NCBI GenBank assembly: GCA_964016885.1
Contig: OZ024757.1
Coordinates: 21,328,001 to 21,392,000 of the forward strand
Source of the DNA: Eledone cirrhosa
Lineage: Eukaryota
Length of the DNA stretch: 64,000 nucleotides
Direction of reading: 5' to 3'
Positions 11,204-23,810 of the stretch are shown here, piece by piece; position 1 is the first letter of the stretch; the number at the start of each line of letters is the position of its first letter. The translations under genes were made by a program, and so were the position numbers. Under the pieces are notes generated by a model. That model did not search any database, was not told the origin of the DNA, and saw only the letters and a list, made by a program, of their open reading frames with translations.

Positions 11204-11612
11204 CATCATCATCATCACCATCACTCGTCGACTACTGTCGAGATGATCAATCTCACTCTCATGCCCCAGAATCCCCTGTCCCCCATCGCTGCCCCCAGGT
11301 CCCGTCTGCTGATTCCCGTATCCCTAGAGATAACGTCAGGGAATGACAGCCTCCTACTCCTAGTCAGGCTGGAGTCAGGGTTCCAGAGCAAGAGAGCGGA
11401 TATGATTTCAATGCTGGCACGGTGACAGTGGCCAGCAAATTGAGCTCTCCGGGATTTTAGAAGGGCAGAGGCTCGAGGGAGTTTTCCATAGATTTTAGAC
11501 AAGGTGGGATGTCGTTTCCAGGATAGGTTTTGCACTTTCATTAAGAGGCGGGTATATGTGCCATCCAATCTCCTCTCAAGTTGTGATGTTAGTGTCCAGG
11601 TTTCAGATCCAT
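11204..11612 (-). mobile_element. RTE/RTE-X-like LINE 3' fragment
   Basis: ORF 11221-11622: LYGSETWTLT..LERRLDGTYTRLL...RRAQFAGHCHR; ends in (ATG)n; tail-to-tail with the previous element. Confidence 0.8.
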
Positions 11613-12006
11613 AAAGATCCATAAAGATCCATTAATGGTTGCTTGGAATATTTCCAGTTTTAGCTTGTTGGTAAGTTGAGATGTTACAAGTACAAGTAAG
11701 TAAGTCAATAACTGGATAAGTTATTGGGAAAACGAAGGAAGGAGGGAAGGAAAGCAAAGGGGAAGAACAGAGAAAACAGTAACAAAACACCGAAAAAAAC
11801 AACAAACCAAGCAATGTGTGAGCAGCTATAGGTAGGAGATCCAAGACTTAAGTTCAAGCCTGAGTAGTCGAGAAGAAAGAGACACATCCGATCATCTATA
11901 TATATATGTGTGTGTGTGTATGTGTGGTTGTCTATCTGTATGCATCTGTGTGTGTGGGTGTGTATGTGCCCCACCTGCCTCATTGTCTCTCTGGCTGTGT
12001 GTGTGT

Positions 12007-12348
12007 ATCATCATCATCATCACTTTACGTCTGCTTTTTCCCTGCTTGCAAGGGTGGGACGGGAACTGATTCTGGCTAGATTTCTACAGCTGGATGCCCT
12101 TCCTAACACCAACCTCATTTACAGTGGGTGCTGGGTGCTTTTTTTGCTGTGGCACCTCCACGACCACTTTGCAGTGGAATGATAGGGACTGAGGTCCCTA
12201 TCATCTCATTTCTACAGCTGAGTAAACTGGAGCAATGTGAAATAAAGTGTCTTGCTCAAGGAAACAACACATCACCCGGTCTGAGAATTGAACTCACAAC
12301 CTTTCGATTGCAAGGCCAATGCTCTAACCACTAAGCCATGTGCCTCCA
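12007..12348 (-). mobile_element. SINE family B (1 unit)
   Basis: Full-length match to family B. Confidence 0.9.
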
Positions 12349-13019
12349 TGTGTATATATATATGTGTGTATATATGGGTGCATATATATATGTGCATATA
12401 TTTGTGTGTGCGTGAGCCCGTTTGCAAGTGCATGCGCGCGTGTGTGTGTGTGTGTGTATGTTTGTGTGTGAGGGTATATACAAAAGCGTGTTTTTGTGTG
12501 TGTGTGTGTGTGTGTACATGTGCATGTATTTGTGTATGTGTGAAATTGTCGTAATGTACATCCATTTCTCCATGCTAGCATGGGTTGGACAGATCCAGGA
12601 CTGCATCTTTCCACTCGTCACATTCCTTTATCTAAGGGGAGGCCAGTCATTGTATGTCTGATGATTTTCAGACACAAAGTTGCTCTACCAACATCTATGT
12701 ATACATTAACAAACCAATCAAACCCCTAATTCTCAAAGGGTTCCTTAATTCTTTAGATACACATCATTCCCCAAAAGGGGGAGAACTTTCATCCCACCCC
12801 CATAAAAGCTAGAACAAAACAAAAATATATCTAAAATAACGAGAATCACGACACTTCTGCAGTCTTCTTTCAAGAATTCCAGCCTAATTAAGAAGGTAGG
12901 ATTTCAAAATAACATACCTTGCCAAAAATCTTGAAGAAAACAAAAAAAAAAAAAAAAAAAAAGAAAGAAAATCTGTGATTCCTTTTAAGTGAAAGCCTAT
13001 AATTTTCCGCCATTTTCGT

Positions 13020-13310
13020 TATCACCATCATCATCATCATCATCCTCATCACGAGCACCATCATTACCACTATCATCCCCATCACCATCATTACCACCAC
13101 TATCGCTATCACCATCATCATCATCATCATTACCACCACTATCGCTATCATCACCACCATCATCATCATCATCATCATCATTACCACCACTATCGCTATC
13201 ATCACCATCATCATCATCATCATCATCATCATTACCACCACTATCGTTATCATCACCAACATCATCATCATCATCATCATCATTACCACTACTATCATCA
13301 TCATCATCTT
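13020..13310. repeat. (CAT)n-based minisatellite with recurring attaccaccactatcgctatc
   Basis: Direct inspection. Confidence 0.9.
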
Positions 13311-14193
13311 TATTATCCACAATATTAACTGTTTCTTTATTATTCATCACCACAAAAAAAAGACATTCCAATGGTGAAGGAACTTGCCAAAGAGAACAGC
13401 CGGTACTTAAGAGAATTGGTTGTTTCCAATGATGGTCGTTAAGTTAATGGAATTTAATTAGTGGGCTGGTCTATCAGAGAACCCAACTAATCTTGTTCGT
13501 TAAATACAGATTAAGATTTTAGTCTGGTTCTTGTCTTTGGAAATTTTTATCTCCCCCCCTCCTCTCTTCCTCTGCCATCATCTCCTTCCCTTCCTCTGCT
13601 TCATCCTCCAACTATCCCCCCCCCCTCTTCCATCTCTGCTTCCTCAGCCACCTTTCCAGCCCATGGCTCATCCAGCGTCATCCACCACCCTCCCCTTCCA
13701 AGCCGTGCCCCATCCAGCCTCCTCCGCTGCCCCATCCACCACCTCCATCCCCTCTGCAATCAAAAGAGAAGTTGGCATCAATCTGTTTATTTCTTCATAG
13801 GACTTCAAGTTAATTGCTTGCTACTTAGATTGCAAGATAGTTTCTCGCTCTCCAAAAATGTGCTTCTCTTCATTTCTACTGCTGTCCTTTGTCTCCCTTA
13901 TACACACTCACACATGCACACACTCACACATGCACACACTCACACAGATATGGCTGTATCCGCACTCATATATATTGTATAAAATAGATGGCAAACTGGC
14001 ATATACCTTCTAAAGTACTTGAAGTAAAAACAACTTCAGGAAACTCAGAGTACCTAAGAAGGTATACACCAGTTTGTCATGTATTTTATACAATAAAATA
14101 TATTTACCTCTATGATTACATATTGAGGACCCTTTCATTAGTGATTACAAACATACATTCAAGAAATATATATACACATATATATATATATAT

Positions 14194-14533
14194 GGAGGCA
14201 CATGGCTTAGTGGTTAGAGCATTGGGCTTGCAATCAAAAGGTTGTGAGTTCAATTCTCAGACCGGGTGATGTGTTGTTTCCTTGAGCAAGACACTTTATT
14301 TCACATTGCTCCAGTTTACTCAGCTGTAGAAATGAGATGATAGGGACTGGGGTCCCTATTATTCCACTGCAAAGTGGTCATGCAGGTGCCACGGCAAAAA
14401 AGCACCCAGCACTCACTGTAAATGAGGTTGGTGTTAGGAAGGCCATCCAGCTGTAGAAATCAAGGCAGAATCAGTTCCCGTCCCACCCTTGCAAGCAGGG
14501 AAAAAGCAGACGTAAAATGAAATGATGATGATG
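14194..14533 (+). mobile_element. SINE family B (1 unit)
   Basis: ggaggcacatggcttagtggttagagc (A box) ... gagttcaattctc (B box) ... gcaagcagggaaaaagcagacgtaaaatga..(tga)n. Confidence 0.9.
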
Positions 14534-14711
14534 ATATAATATTATTCGAAATATTAATAAATGAAAAATATTTTGAATAATATTAAATACTCCAGAAAAA
14601 TCCTGTCGAGTGCTTCTAATCTATTGTAAAATTGTATTCGTTGAATAATCAACGAACCATATAAACTTTGGTTATATATATATATATATATATATAGTTT
14701 TAATATAGATG

Positions 14712-14762
14712 AGATTCTCCAGGACTAGAACTGTTTCATTCTTTAGAAATCATCAGGAATCT
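14712..14762 (-). ncRNA. Hammerhead motif family H2, second copy; cleavage triplet mutated (GUA to GGA)
   Basis: Minus strand: agattc-CTGATGA-tttctaaagaat-GAAA-cag-ttctagtc-ctg-GA-gaatct; 6-bp stem I. 14698-14760 is nearly identical to 9556-9619. Confidence 0.6.
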
Positions 14763-14949
14763 GGGTATCAAAAAATAAGTATGGTATTTATAGGTCTCTT
14801 CAGGTGGTAGGAGAGTGTAGGGAGTGGGATGGGTGTAGGTCATTGGTTGATAGAAAAGGGAATTCATTAAAAGCTAATTCTTCAAAGCTATAGTTTATTT
14901 ATATATATATATATAAACATATATATATATATATATAAACATAAAAAAA

Positions 14950-15068
14950 ATGAGAAAACTCATTGCTAGAACAGCCGTTAAAACAGCTAAATGCTGTCAA
15001 AGACAGCAATGGGTAAAAATGCCTCAGATGACAGAGACCACCAGTGGTAAATAGAGAGACAATCCACA
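14950..15068. repeat. Dispersed unclassified repeat (second copy ~26260-26385)
   Basis: atgagaaaac.cattgctagaaca.cc.ttaaaacagctaaatgctgtcaaagacagc.atggg.aaaaatgcctcaga occurs twice. Confidence 0.75.
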
Positions 15069-15097
15069 TAATGCAACAGGTGGCTTTACTACTGGAG

Positions 15098-15385
15098 CAG
15101 CATTTCTCAACTGGTGTTTCCTGGAACCCTAGAGTTTCACAAGAAGTCACTAGGGGTTTCAAAAGAAATTAATGCATTTTGGAGTAATTTTTGTTTAATT
15201 CTGTATTTGTAATTCTACTAGACACATACACCATAGTGTTGGAGGACCCTTGGTTATTAGAATAAAGGCCTCAACCTCTAAAAGAGATATTAATAAAGAT
15301 ATATAGTAATATTTATGTAGGGGTTCCCTGAGACATGAAAACTATTTCAAGGGTTCCACAAGAGTAAAAAGGCTGAGAAATGCTG
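15098..15385. mobile_element. hAT/Charlie-like MITE
   Basis: Terminal inverted repeats CAGCATTTCTCA...TGAGAAATGCTG; the 8-bp TSD is only partly matching. Confidence 0.7.
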
Positions 15386-15558
15386 TCCTTGACCGACAAA
15401 ACCCCAATTCAAATCCTTTGGTTATTTGTAAATGCCTATAAAATGAAGATTATAAATGAGTATATATGATTAAATCCCCTATACCAGTAATTGATACAGG
15501 TTGATTGTTGGTTTGATGGTATGGTTGTGAGGTGTGTCAGTTTTACTTTTCATTGAGC

Positions 15559-15942
15559 ACATGTATTTGGTGTCATGTATTTGGTGCACATTTATTTGGT
15601 GCACACATATCTAGTGCCATGTATTTGGTGCCATGTATTTGGTGCCATGTGTTTGGTGACATGTATTTGGTGCCATGTATTTGGTGCTATGTATTTGGTG
15701 CACATTTATTTGGTGCACATTTATTTGGTGCACACATATCTAGTGCCATGTATTTGGTGCCATGTATTTGGTGCCATGTGTTTGGTGACATGTATTTGGT
15801 GCCATGTATTTGGTGCACATTTATTTGGTGCACACATATCTAGTGCCATGTATTTGGTGTCATGTATTTGGTGTCATGTATTTGGTGCCATGTATTTGGT
15901 GCACATTTATTTGGTACACACATATCTGGTGCCATGTATTTG
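15559..15942. repeat. 14-bp minisatellite (catgtatttggtgc) with higher-order variants
   Basis: Roughly 27 units; the variant cacacatatctagtgc recurs periodically. Confidence 0.9.
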
Positions 15943-16562
15943 GGGTTCAATGTAGGTTTATGGATTAAGTTTGCTTGAGTTTGTGGATGGCTTTAGTTTA
16001 TTGTCGGTTTGTCTATGTTTAAATTAAGGCAGTTGACGGTCTTATGTGTGTGTATATATATGTGTGTGTGTGTGTTTGTAAGTATATATATATATAAATA
16101 TGCATGTACATGCACACAGATACATGCATACATACACATGCATTTACACAGACAGACACACACGCACACATACATGCATACATACATATACATAGATACA
16201 CACACATACAAACACACATGCATACAGGTACATATCCACACAAATACATACATGATGTAATATCTCTGGAAAGCCTTAAAAATAAGAATAAAAATGCTAG
16301 TGACAAAGTTTTTACAAGATATTTTCTAGAAACATCCATTATTCCATCTCACTAAAAAAAGATAAAGAGAGATAAAATATGTTTTACATTCTTACATATC
16401 TTAAACTCTCCTCAGAAGTAGGAGATGGTTGTATGTTGTTGTTGCAGCTGTTGTTGTTGTTGTTGCAGCTGTTGTTGTAGTGGTGCTGGTGATAGTAGAA
16501 GTAATTTTTCTTGTTCCTTATAGTGTCTAACTATATATATATATATATATACAATTATGTAA

Positions 16563-16800
16563 TTGGCAAAAAAGCACCCAGCCCACACTGTAAAGTGGAC
16601 GTGTAGGCGCCACGAAAAAGCACCCAGCACTTACTGTAAATGAGGTTGGTGTTAGGAAGGGCATCCAGCTGTAGAAATCAAGCCAAATCAGTTCCTGTAT
16701 GAGCAAGGCATGGTCAGCCGACCAGACACTGCCCACAACAGGACAACCCGTCTAACCCATGCTAGCATGGAAGAACGGACGTAAAACGGTGATGATGATG
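16563..16800 (+). mobile_element. SINE B-related 3' fragment with alternative RTE-type tail (ccatgctagcatggaagaacggacgtaaaac)
   Basis: 49-bp units plus ggaagggcatccagctgtagaaa, then a different terminal segment ending in (GAT)n. Confidence 0.75.
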
Positions 16801-16874
16801 ATATATATATATATATATATATATCATCATCATCATTTAACGTCCATCTTCCACGCTTGCATGGGTTTGATATA

Positions 16875-16916
<42 letters not shown>

Positions 16917-16969
16917 CACATATATATATACATATATATATACATATATATACATATATATACACACAC

Positions 16970-17002
<33 letters not shown>

Positions 17003-17055
17003 ACCCATGCTAGCGTGGAAGAACGGACGTAAAACGGTGATGATGATGATGATGA

Positions 17056-17092
<37 letters not shown>

Positions 17093-17353
17093 TCCATTCA
17101 GTCATTTACTAATTAATTTATTTGCTTCTTTATTTCCAGAGTAATTATTTATTTGTATTGTAATTAAATTTGTAATTCTAGAACGTCTTAGAAATCAGAC
17201 ATATTTCAAAGACACAATTCCAGGAATGGAATTACCATTAGTGTCACATTGATCTTAAGATTACATTCCAGTCAACAAAAGAAAAACCATTTTCTGTTGG
17301 TCATGTGTGAAATCATGATTATGCTGTCGCAGATATTTCTAGGTATTCTATGA

Positions 17354-17396
<43 letters not shown>

Positions 17397-17552
17397 CGTG
17401 CGTGAGTGAGTGGGAGGGGAGAAGTATTGGTTGAGTGTATCAATGCGTGTATATTAAGTAACAATGGGTGTACATACAAAGACATGTTTCAGTGTACAAT
17501 AAAGATGTTTGTGTCTGGATATGTACATGCTGGAGATGTGTATGTATGTATG

Positions 17553-17622
<70 letters not shown>

Positions 17623-17709
17623 GGAGGTGAGTTTTATTGTATTACAATAAAGCAATGCAGATATCGGATAAGAAGCACTCTACAGTTTGTAGGACTGGAG
17701 TATACATAA

Positions 17710-17803
17710 TATATAAGATCAAAAGATGGTTAAAAGAGTTCCATGTATTTTATTCCATGCGCATAATAAAATACATGGAACTCTTTTGACCATCTTTTGA
17801 TCT

Positions 17804-17808
<5 letters not shown>
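17710..17808. repeat. Fold-back inverted repeat, ~43-bp arms
   Basis: atataagatcaaaagatggttaaaagagttccatgtattttatt / aataaaatacatggaactcttttgaccatcttttgatcttatat. Confidence 0.85.
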
Positions 17809-17849
<41 letters not shown>

Positions 17850-17909
17850 GTATATATATATATATGTGTGTATATATATATATATAATAATCTATATATG
17901 TATATATCC

Positions 17910-18543
17910 TCATCACCATCATCATTTTACATCCACTTTTCTCTGCTTGCAAGGGTGGGACGGGAACTGATTCTGGCTTGATTTCTACAGCTGGATGCCC
18001 TTCCTAACACCAACCTCATTTACAGTGAGTGCTGGGTGCTTTTTTGCCGTGGCACCTCCACGTCCACTTTGCAGTGTGGGCTGGGTGCTTTTTTGCCGCG
18101 GCACCTACACGACCACTTTGCAGTGTGGGCTGCGTGCTTTTTTGCCGCGGCACCTACACGACCTCTTTGCAGTGTGGGCTGTGTGCTTTTTTTCCGCGGC
18201 ACCTACACGACCACTTTGCAGTGTGGGCTGTGTGCTTTTTTGCCGCGGCACCTACACGACCACTTTGCAGTGTGGGCTGGGTGCTTTTTTGCCGTGGCAC
18301 CTCCACGTCCACTTTGCAGTGTGGGCTGGGTCCTTTTTTTGCCGTGGCACCTCCACGTACACTTTACAGTGCAATGATAGATAGGGACCCCAGTCCCTAT
18401 CATCTCATTTCTACAGCTGAGTAAACTGGAGCAATATGAAATAAAGTTTCTTGCTCAAGGAAACAACACATCACCCGGTCTGAGAATTGAACTCACAACC
18501 TTTCGATTGCAAGGTCAATGCTCTAACCACTAAGCCATGTGCC
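17910..18543 (-). mobile_element. SINE family B with 7 tandem 49-bp units
   Basis: Family B ends flank a tandem array at ~18020-18370. Confidence 0.9.
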
Positions 18544-18839
18544 ACATACATACAGTTCTGCATGTGCAAGACACAGTCATCTGATCTGACTTGTCTAACT
18601 CATGCTAGCTTGGAAAAATGGACGTTAAACGAAGATGATGATGATTACATGTATGTATAATTTTATACACTATATCTTTGTTTACCCATACATCCACACT
18701 GGTCAGCACATACTTATGTACAAGCCTACATCCACACTGGTCAGCACATACTTATGTACAAGCCTCACTATGAAAACACTACTATTAATGTGCTCATTAC
18801 TTGCGCCAAAAGTAGAAACAATTATTATTATTATTAATG

Positions 18840-19172
18840 GTGGTCCCTTTACGATCTGAGTTCAAATCCTGCCGAGGTTGACTTTGCCTTTCATCCTTAC
18901 GGGGGTCGATAAAATAAAGTACCAGTAATGCACTGGGTAATTGCTGGCCTTGTGCCTAAGGTAGAAACAATTATTATTATATGGTGGTGGATTGGCAGTA
19001 TCAGTAGAGGGTCGGACGCTATGCTTTGCAGCACAGAGTTACGGCCCTTTATGGTCTGAGTTCAAATCCCGCCGAAGTTAACTTTGCCTTTCATCCTTAC
19101 GGGGTCGATAAAATAAAGTACCAGTAATGCACTGGGATAATTGCTGGCCTTGTGCCAAAAGTAGAAACAATT
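18840..19172 (+). mobile_element. Two tandem SINE family A copies
   Basis: 18840-18975 (partial) and 18982-19172 (full, with A/B boxes). Confidence 0.85.
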
Positions 19173-19298
19173 ATTCTTATTCTTCTTCTTATTATTATTA
19201 TTATTATATATGCAAAAAGTAAATGGAAACAACAAAGCAAACAATGCAGTACAATGAAGAAATATATTAGTTTAACACTTGATATAGTAGGAAAAGTG

Positions 19299-19334
19299 CC
19301 TTTATGTTTCGGACATGAATCCTTCATCAGAAGA
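19299..19334 (-). ncRNA. Minimal type-I hammerhead motif (family H4)
   Basis: Minus strand: tctt-CTGATGA-a-gga-ttcatg-tcc-GAAA-ca-TA-aagg; flanks homologous to 58845-58985. Confidence 0.6.
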
Positions 19335-19669
19335 TAAAATAAAAAGTAAAAGAATAAAAGAGTAGAGAGTGGCAAATGGAAGGAAAGGGAAATATGGTTT
19401 TGAGAAATAGAATGTGTGTAGTGAGTTATTTTGGGGGGATTTGAAATGGTGGTCATGATCATAGCCTTAGAGAATTGGGTAAAATATTGTTAGGGGCTGG
19501 AAACAGGGGTCAGTAAAATATAGAACAGAAGGTGATGTAAAGGAGACAGGAGAAATGTTGAGGAACAAGAAATAGTAAGAACCTATATATATATATATAC
19601 ATATCATACATATCACACATATATATATATACATAACACACACACATATATATATATACACAACACACA

Positions 19670-21727
19670 CATCATCATCATCATCATCATCATCATTTTA
19701 CATCCGCTTTTCCCTGCTTGCAAGGGTGGGACGGGTCTTATTCAGCACAGCATCTCTCCACTCGTCACGGTCCCTCGTCATCTCCACCGTGAGCTTCAAT
19801 GATCTGAGGTCTGTTCTCACCACCTCCGCCCATGTTTTTCGTGGTCTACCTCTACCACGTCTTCCTTCAACTGGCATTTCCTGGCACTTCTTCACCCATC
19901 GGTCATCCTCCATGCGCATCACATGTCCATACCACCTCAGTCTCCTCTCCCGTACACTACATTCTATCCCTCTCAGACACAGTTTCTCTCTCAACACATT
20001 TATGCTGGGTCGTTCACGCACATTTACACTGCACATCCAACGGAGCATGCTTGCCTCATTTCTCTCCAGCCGTCGCATATCTTCTGCGGTAGCTGCCCAT
20101 GTCTCACTACCATGCAGCATCGCGCTCCTCACACAGGCATCATACAACCGGCCTTTCGTACGCAGGGAGAAACCCTTCTTCGTCAACAGAGGAAGCAGCT
20201 CCCTAAACTTCTTCCAACCCGTCCTTATTCTAGATACTATGGCCTCGGAACACCCTCCTCCCATGCTAATCTGATCTCCTAGGTACCGGAAGCTATCCAC
20301 CACTTCTATAGCGCCCTCTCGCATTTGAAAAATGTGTCTATCAGTGCGACTTCTACTGTCTAATTTCCCTGTACATCTACTGCATACATATTTCTCCCTA
20401 CCTGTTAGTTTGCCTGCTATCCCGCTACATCTCTTGTGTACCCAGGACCTACATTGTGTGCATTTTATAGAATTTATGCCAGTTCCTTTTCTGCATATCG
20501 AACATGGCCATTTCCCTGACGGAATCAGGGTTTTGTCCTCTTTTCTACTCATCAACACTTTTGTCTTAGCTAGATTTACTCTCAGTCCTCTTGCTTCCAA
20601 CTGCTGTTTCCATAGCCGGAATTTATTCTCTAGCTCCTCTACTGATTCTGCCATAAGAGCCAGATCGTCAGCATAGAGAAGTTCCCATGGACAGCCAGTC
20701 TTAAACTCCTCTGTTATGGCTTGGAGGACTATAATGAACAAGAGCGGGCTGAGGACCGAACCCTGATGTACTCCTACTTGTATCTGGAATTCCTCACTAA
20801 ACTCCATTCCTACCCTGACTTTACTGAGAGTACCTCTGTACAAAGTTTGCACTGTCCTTACAAGCCATTCCTCAACACCCAGCTTCCTTAGGGACCACCA
20901 GATGACAGATCGGGGTACCCTATCAAAGGCCTTCTCTAGGTCAACAAAGGCTAAGTATAGTGGCTTATTCTTCTCTAAGAACCTCTCTTGCATTTGTCTC
21001 ACCAAGAAGAGGGCATCTGTTGTACTCTTCCCAGGCACAAAACCAAACTGCATCTCATCTAGTTTGACCCTTTCTCTAATTAGTTGTGCTAGAATCCTTT
21101 CTGCCACTTTCATAACCTGATCTATCAGTTTTATACCCCTATAATTGCTCCTCTCCAAAGCATCCCCTTTACCTTTGTAGCAATTTATGAGAATACTGCT
21201 GCACCAGTCTTTGGGTATGACACCACCATATATAGCCTGATTGATTATGCGTGCAACCAGTTTAGTGCCTACGTCCCCTGATGCCTTCAGCATCTCAGCA
21301 ACTATTCCCGATGGTCCGCCGCCTTACCATTTTTCATTTCCCTAATCGCCTCTTGGACCCTATATTCGTCAATCTCAATAGCTGGTCCCTCTGTCGGATC
21401 TACCAAGGGTAATTTCTCTCTCTCCCATTCGTTCTCCACATTCATCAGTCTCTCATAATGACATTTCCAGGCCTCCTTTTTCTGGTCATTCGTGACACTA
21501 AGTACACCGGCATCATTCCGGACACATTTATCTCCAACAACATCCTGATTTGCATTGACACACTGCCTTGCAATGTGGAACACCGCACGCCTCTGATCTT
21601 CCCGTCGCAGAACATTGGCAAACCTCCTACTCTCTGCCTCCCTGCGTGCTAAGTACACCTGACGTCTAGCTTCTCTCTTAGTGGCTGTATATTCTTCCCT
21701 ACTCCCACCCTTATTCCAAGCCTTCCA
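19670..21727 (-). mobile_element. 5'-truncated RTE-clade (BovB-like) LINE, family RTE-1
   Basis: ORFs 21302-21745 and 19698-21293 are joined by an apparent 1-bp frameshift near 21318 (GKAA/GPSGIVAEML); (ATG)n tail; inserted in a TA/CA microsatellite; no AP endonuclease part present. Confidence 0.95.
19698..21293 (-). CDS. Non-LTR retrotransposon reverse transcriptase (RTE clade) with internal PHD-like Cys/His finger
   Basis: NYRGIKL, QFGFVPGKST, AFVDLEKAFDRV, GVHQGSVLSPLLF, LYADD, KTKV, FRYLG, HGSETW, RRLRWYGHV, GRGRPRKTW. Confidence 0.93.
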   Translation of the reverse strand: MLKASGDVGTKLVARIINQAIYGGVIPKDWCSSILINCYKGKGDALERSNYRGIKLIDQVMKVAERILAQLIRERVKLDEMQFGFVPGKSTTDALFLVRQMQERFLEKNKPLYLAFVDLEKAFDRVPRSVIWWSLRKLGVEEWLVRTVQTLYRGTLSKVRVGMEFSEEFQIQVGVHQGSVLSPLLFIIVLQAITEEFKTGCPWELLYADDLALMAESVEELENKFRLWKQQLEARGLRVNLAKTKVLMSRKEDKTLIPSGKWPCSICRKGTGINSIKCTQCRSWVHKRCSGIAGKLTGREKYVCSRCTGKLDSRSRTDRHIFQMREGAIEVVDSFRYLGDQISMGGGCSEAIVSRIRTGWKKFRELLPLLTKKGFSLRTKGRLYDACVRSAMLHGSETWAATAEDMRRLERNEASMLRWMCSVNVRERPSINVLREKLCLRGIECSVRERRLRWYGHVMRMEDDRWVKKCQEMPVEGRRGRGRPRKTWAEVVRTDLRSLKLTVEMTRDRDEWRDAVLNKTRPTLASREKRM

Positions 21728-21846
21728 TATATATAAACACAACACACACTTATATATATATACATATCATACATATCACACATATATATATACACAACAC
21801 ACACATATATATATACACACAACACACACATATATATATACACACA

Positions 21847-21887
<41 letters not shown>

Positions 21888-22114
21888 ACACATATATATA
21901 TATATATACATATCACATATATATACACAACACACACACATATATATATATACACAACACACACATATATATATATACACAACACTCATATATATATCAC
22001 ACACATATATATAGTAATAATAATAAATTTGAAAACTAAAATCCAAAGAGGGCTCGATAAGGATAAATATATATCAAATATATAAGAACCGTAGAGCAAA
22101 TATTTATATATATA

Positions 22115-22163
<49 letters not shown>

Positions 22164-22285
22164 ATATATATATAAACACAACACACACTTATATATATAT
22201 ACATATCATACATATCACACATATATATATACACAACACACACATATATATATACACACAACACACACATATATATATACACACA

Positions 22286-22316
<31 letters not shown>

Positions 22317-22575
22317 CACAACACACACATATATATATATATATATATACACAACACATATATATATATATATACATATCACATATATATACACAACACA
22401 CACACATATATATATATACACAACACACACATATATATATATACACAACACTCATATATATATCACACACATATATATAGTAATAATAATAAATTTGAAA
22501 ACTAAAATCCAAAGAGGGCTCGATAAGGATAAATATATATCAAATATATAAGAACCGTAGAGCAAATATTTATAT
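21728..22575. repeat. Local tandem duplication (~440-466 bp) of TA/CA microsatellite plus a unique ~95-bp core
   Basis: atagtaataataataaatttgaaaactaaaatccaaagagggctcg...gagcaaatattt is identical at 22011 and 22477. Confidence 0.85.
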
Positions 22576-22636
22576 ATATATATATATATATAACACACAC
22601 ACACACATATATATATATAACACATATATATACACA

Positions 22637-22671
<35 letters not shown>

Positions 22672-23069
22672 CACAACACACACATATATATACACAACAT
22701 ATATATATATATATACAACACACATATATATATATAGATATATATAACACATATATATATATATACAACACACACACATATATATATATATACACACAAC
22801 ACACATATATATATACATAACACACATATATATACACAATATATATATATATATATAACACATATATATACACATATATATATATATACACAACATACAC
22901 ATATATATATACACAACACATATATATATATATATATATATACAATACACATATATATATACAACACATATATATACAACATATATATACACAACACACA
23001 CATATATATATATATATATATACACACATCACACAAATACACAACACACACATATATACACAACATACA

Positions 23070-23810
23070 CCCTCCATCAGACACCTACCATACTCTGAAC
23101 GCCTTGCTTCCCTGGGCATGGATTCATTGAAGCTCCGACATCTGGCAATGGACTTGGTAAACACCCACAAAGTTATTAACCATCTCACCAACAACAACCC
23201 TGAGCACCTTTTTGATCTCCATGTGTCTAACACACGTGGACATGCCGACAAAGTCAGAAAACAGCACAGCTCCCATGACTTTCGGAAACATTTTTTCACG
23301 CTTAGAGTTGCTGAAGCATGGAACAAACTACCTGCATCAGTTGTTAGCTGCCGAGACACTGCATCCTTTAAAACCTCCATGGAACAAACTACCTGCATCA
23401 GTTGTTAGCTGTCGAGACACTGCATCCTTTAAAACCTCCATGGAACAAACTACCTGCATCAGTTGTTAGCTGCCAAGACACTGCATCCTTTAAAACCTCC
23501 ATGGAACAAACTGCCTGCATCAGTTGTTAGCTGCCGAGACACTGCATCCTTTAAAACCTCCATGGAACAAACTGCCTGCGTCAGTTGTTAGCTGCCGAGA
23601 CACTGCATCCTTTAAAACCCTCATGCTTCCCGAAATTCGCCAAAACTACACCTGATGTCCCCCTTCCATACACATGCACACGTGTATATCATGACTCATG
23701 CACTGTTCATTTTCCTGACGTTTGTACATTACCCTATGTACTATACATACACTTTTGATGAGTTGTAGTGCACCTGAGCACTGTACACAATATTTCATTA
23801 TTATTATTAC
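23070..23810 (+). mobile_element. CR1-like LINE 3' end with five 61-bp internal tandem copies
   Basis: YSERLASLG...TRGH..KV....RKHFFTLRVAEAWNKLPASVV...FK is the typical CR1 ORF2 C-terminus; 3' UTR ends in (ATT)n. Confidence 0.85.

Noticed and set aside
12655-12675. CTGATGA at 12658 (also 31558, 32892, and minus strand 10700)
   Set aside because: No stem II followed by GAAA and no closing stem I or III; not hammerheads.
12997-13371. Asp/Gly-rich acidic ORF
   Set aside because: Product of the (GAT)n minisatellite; no supporting exon structure.
14194-14270. tRNA genes at SINE heads
   Set aside because: A/B boxes are present but there is no complete acceptor stem, and each head is fused to a SINE body and tail.
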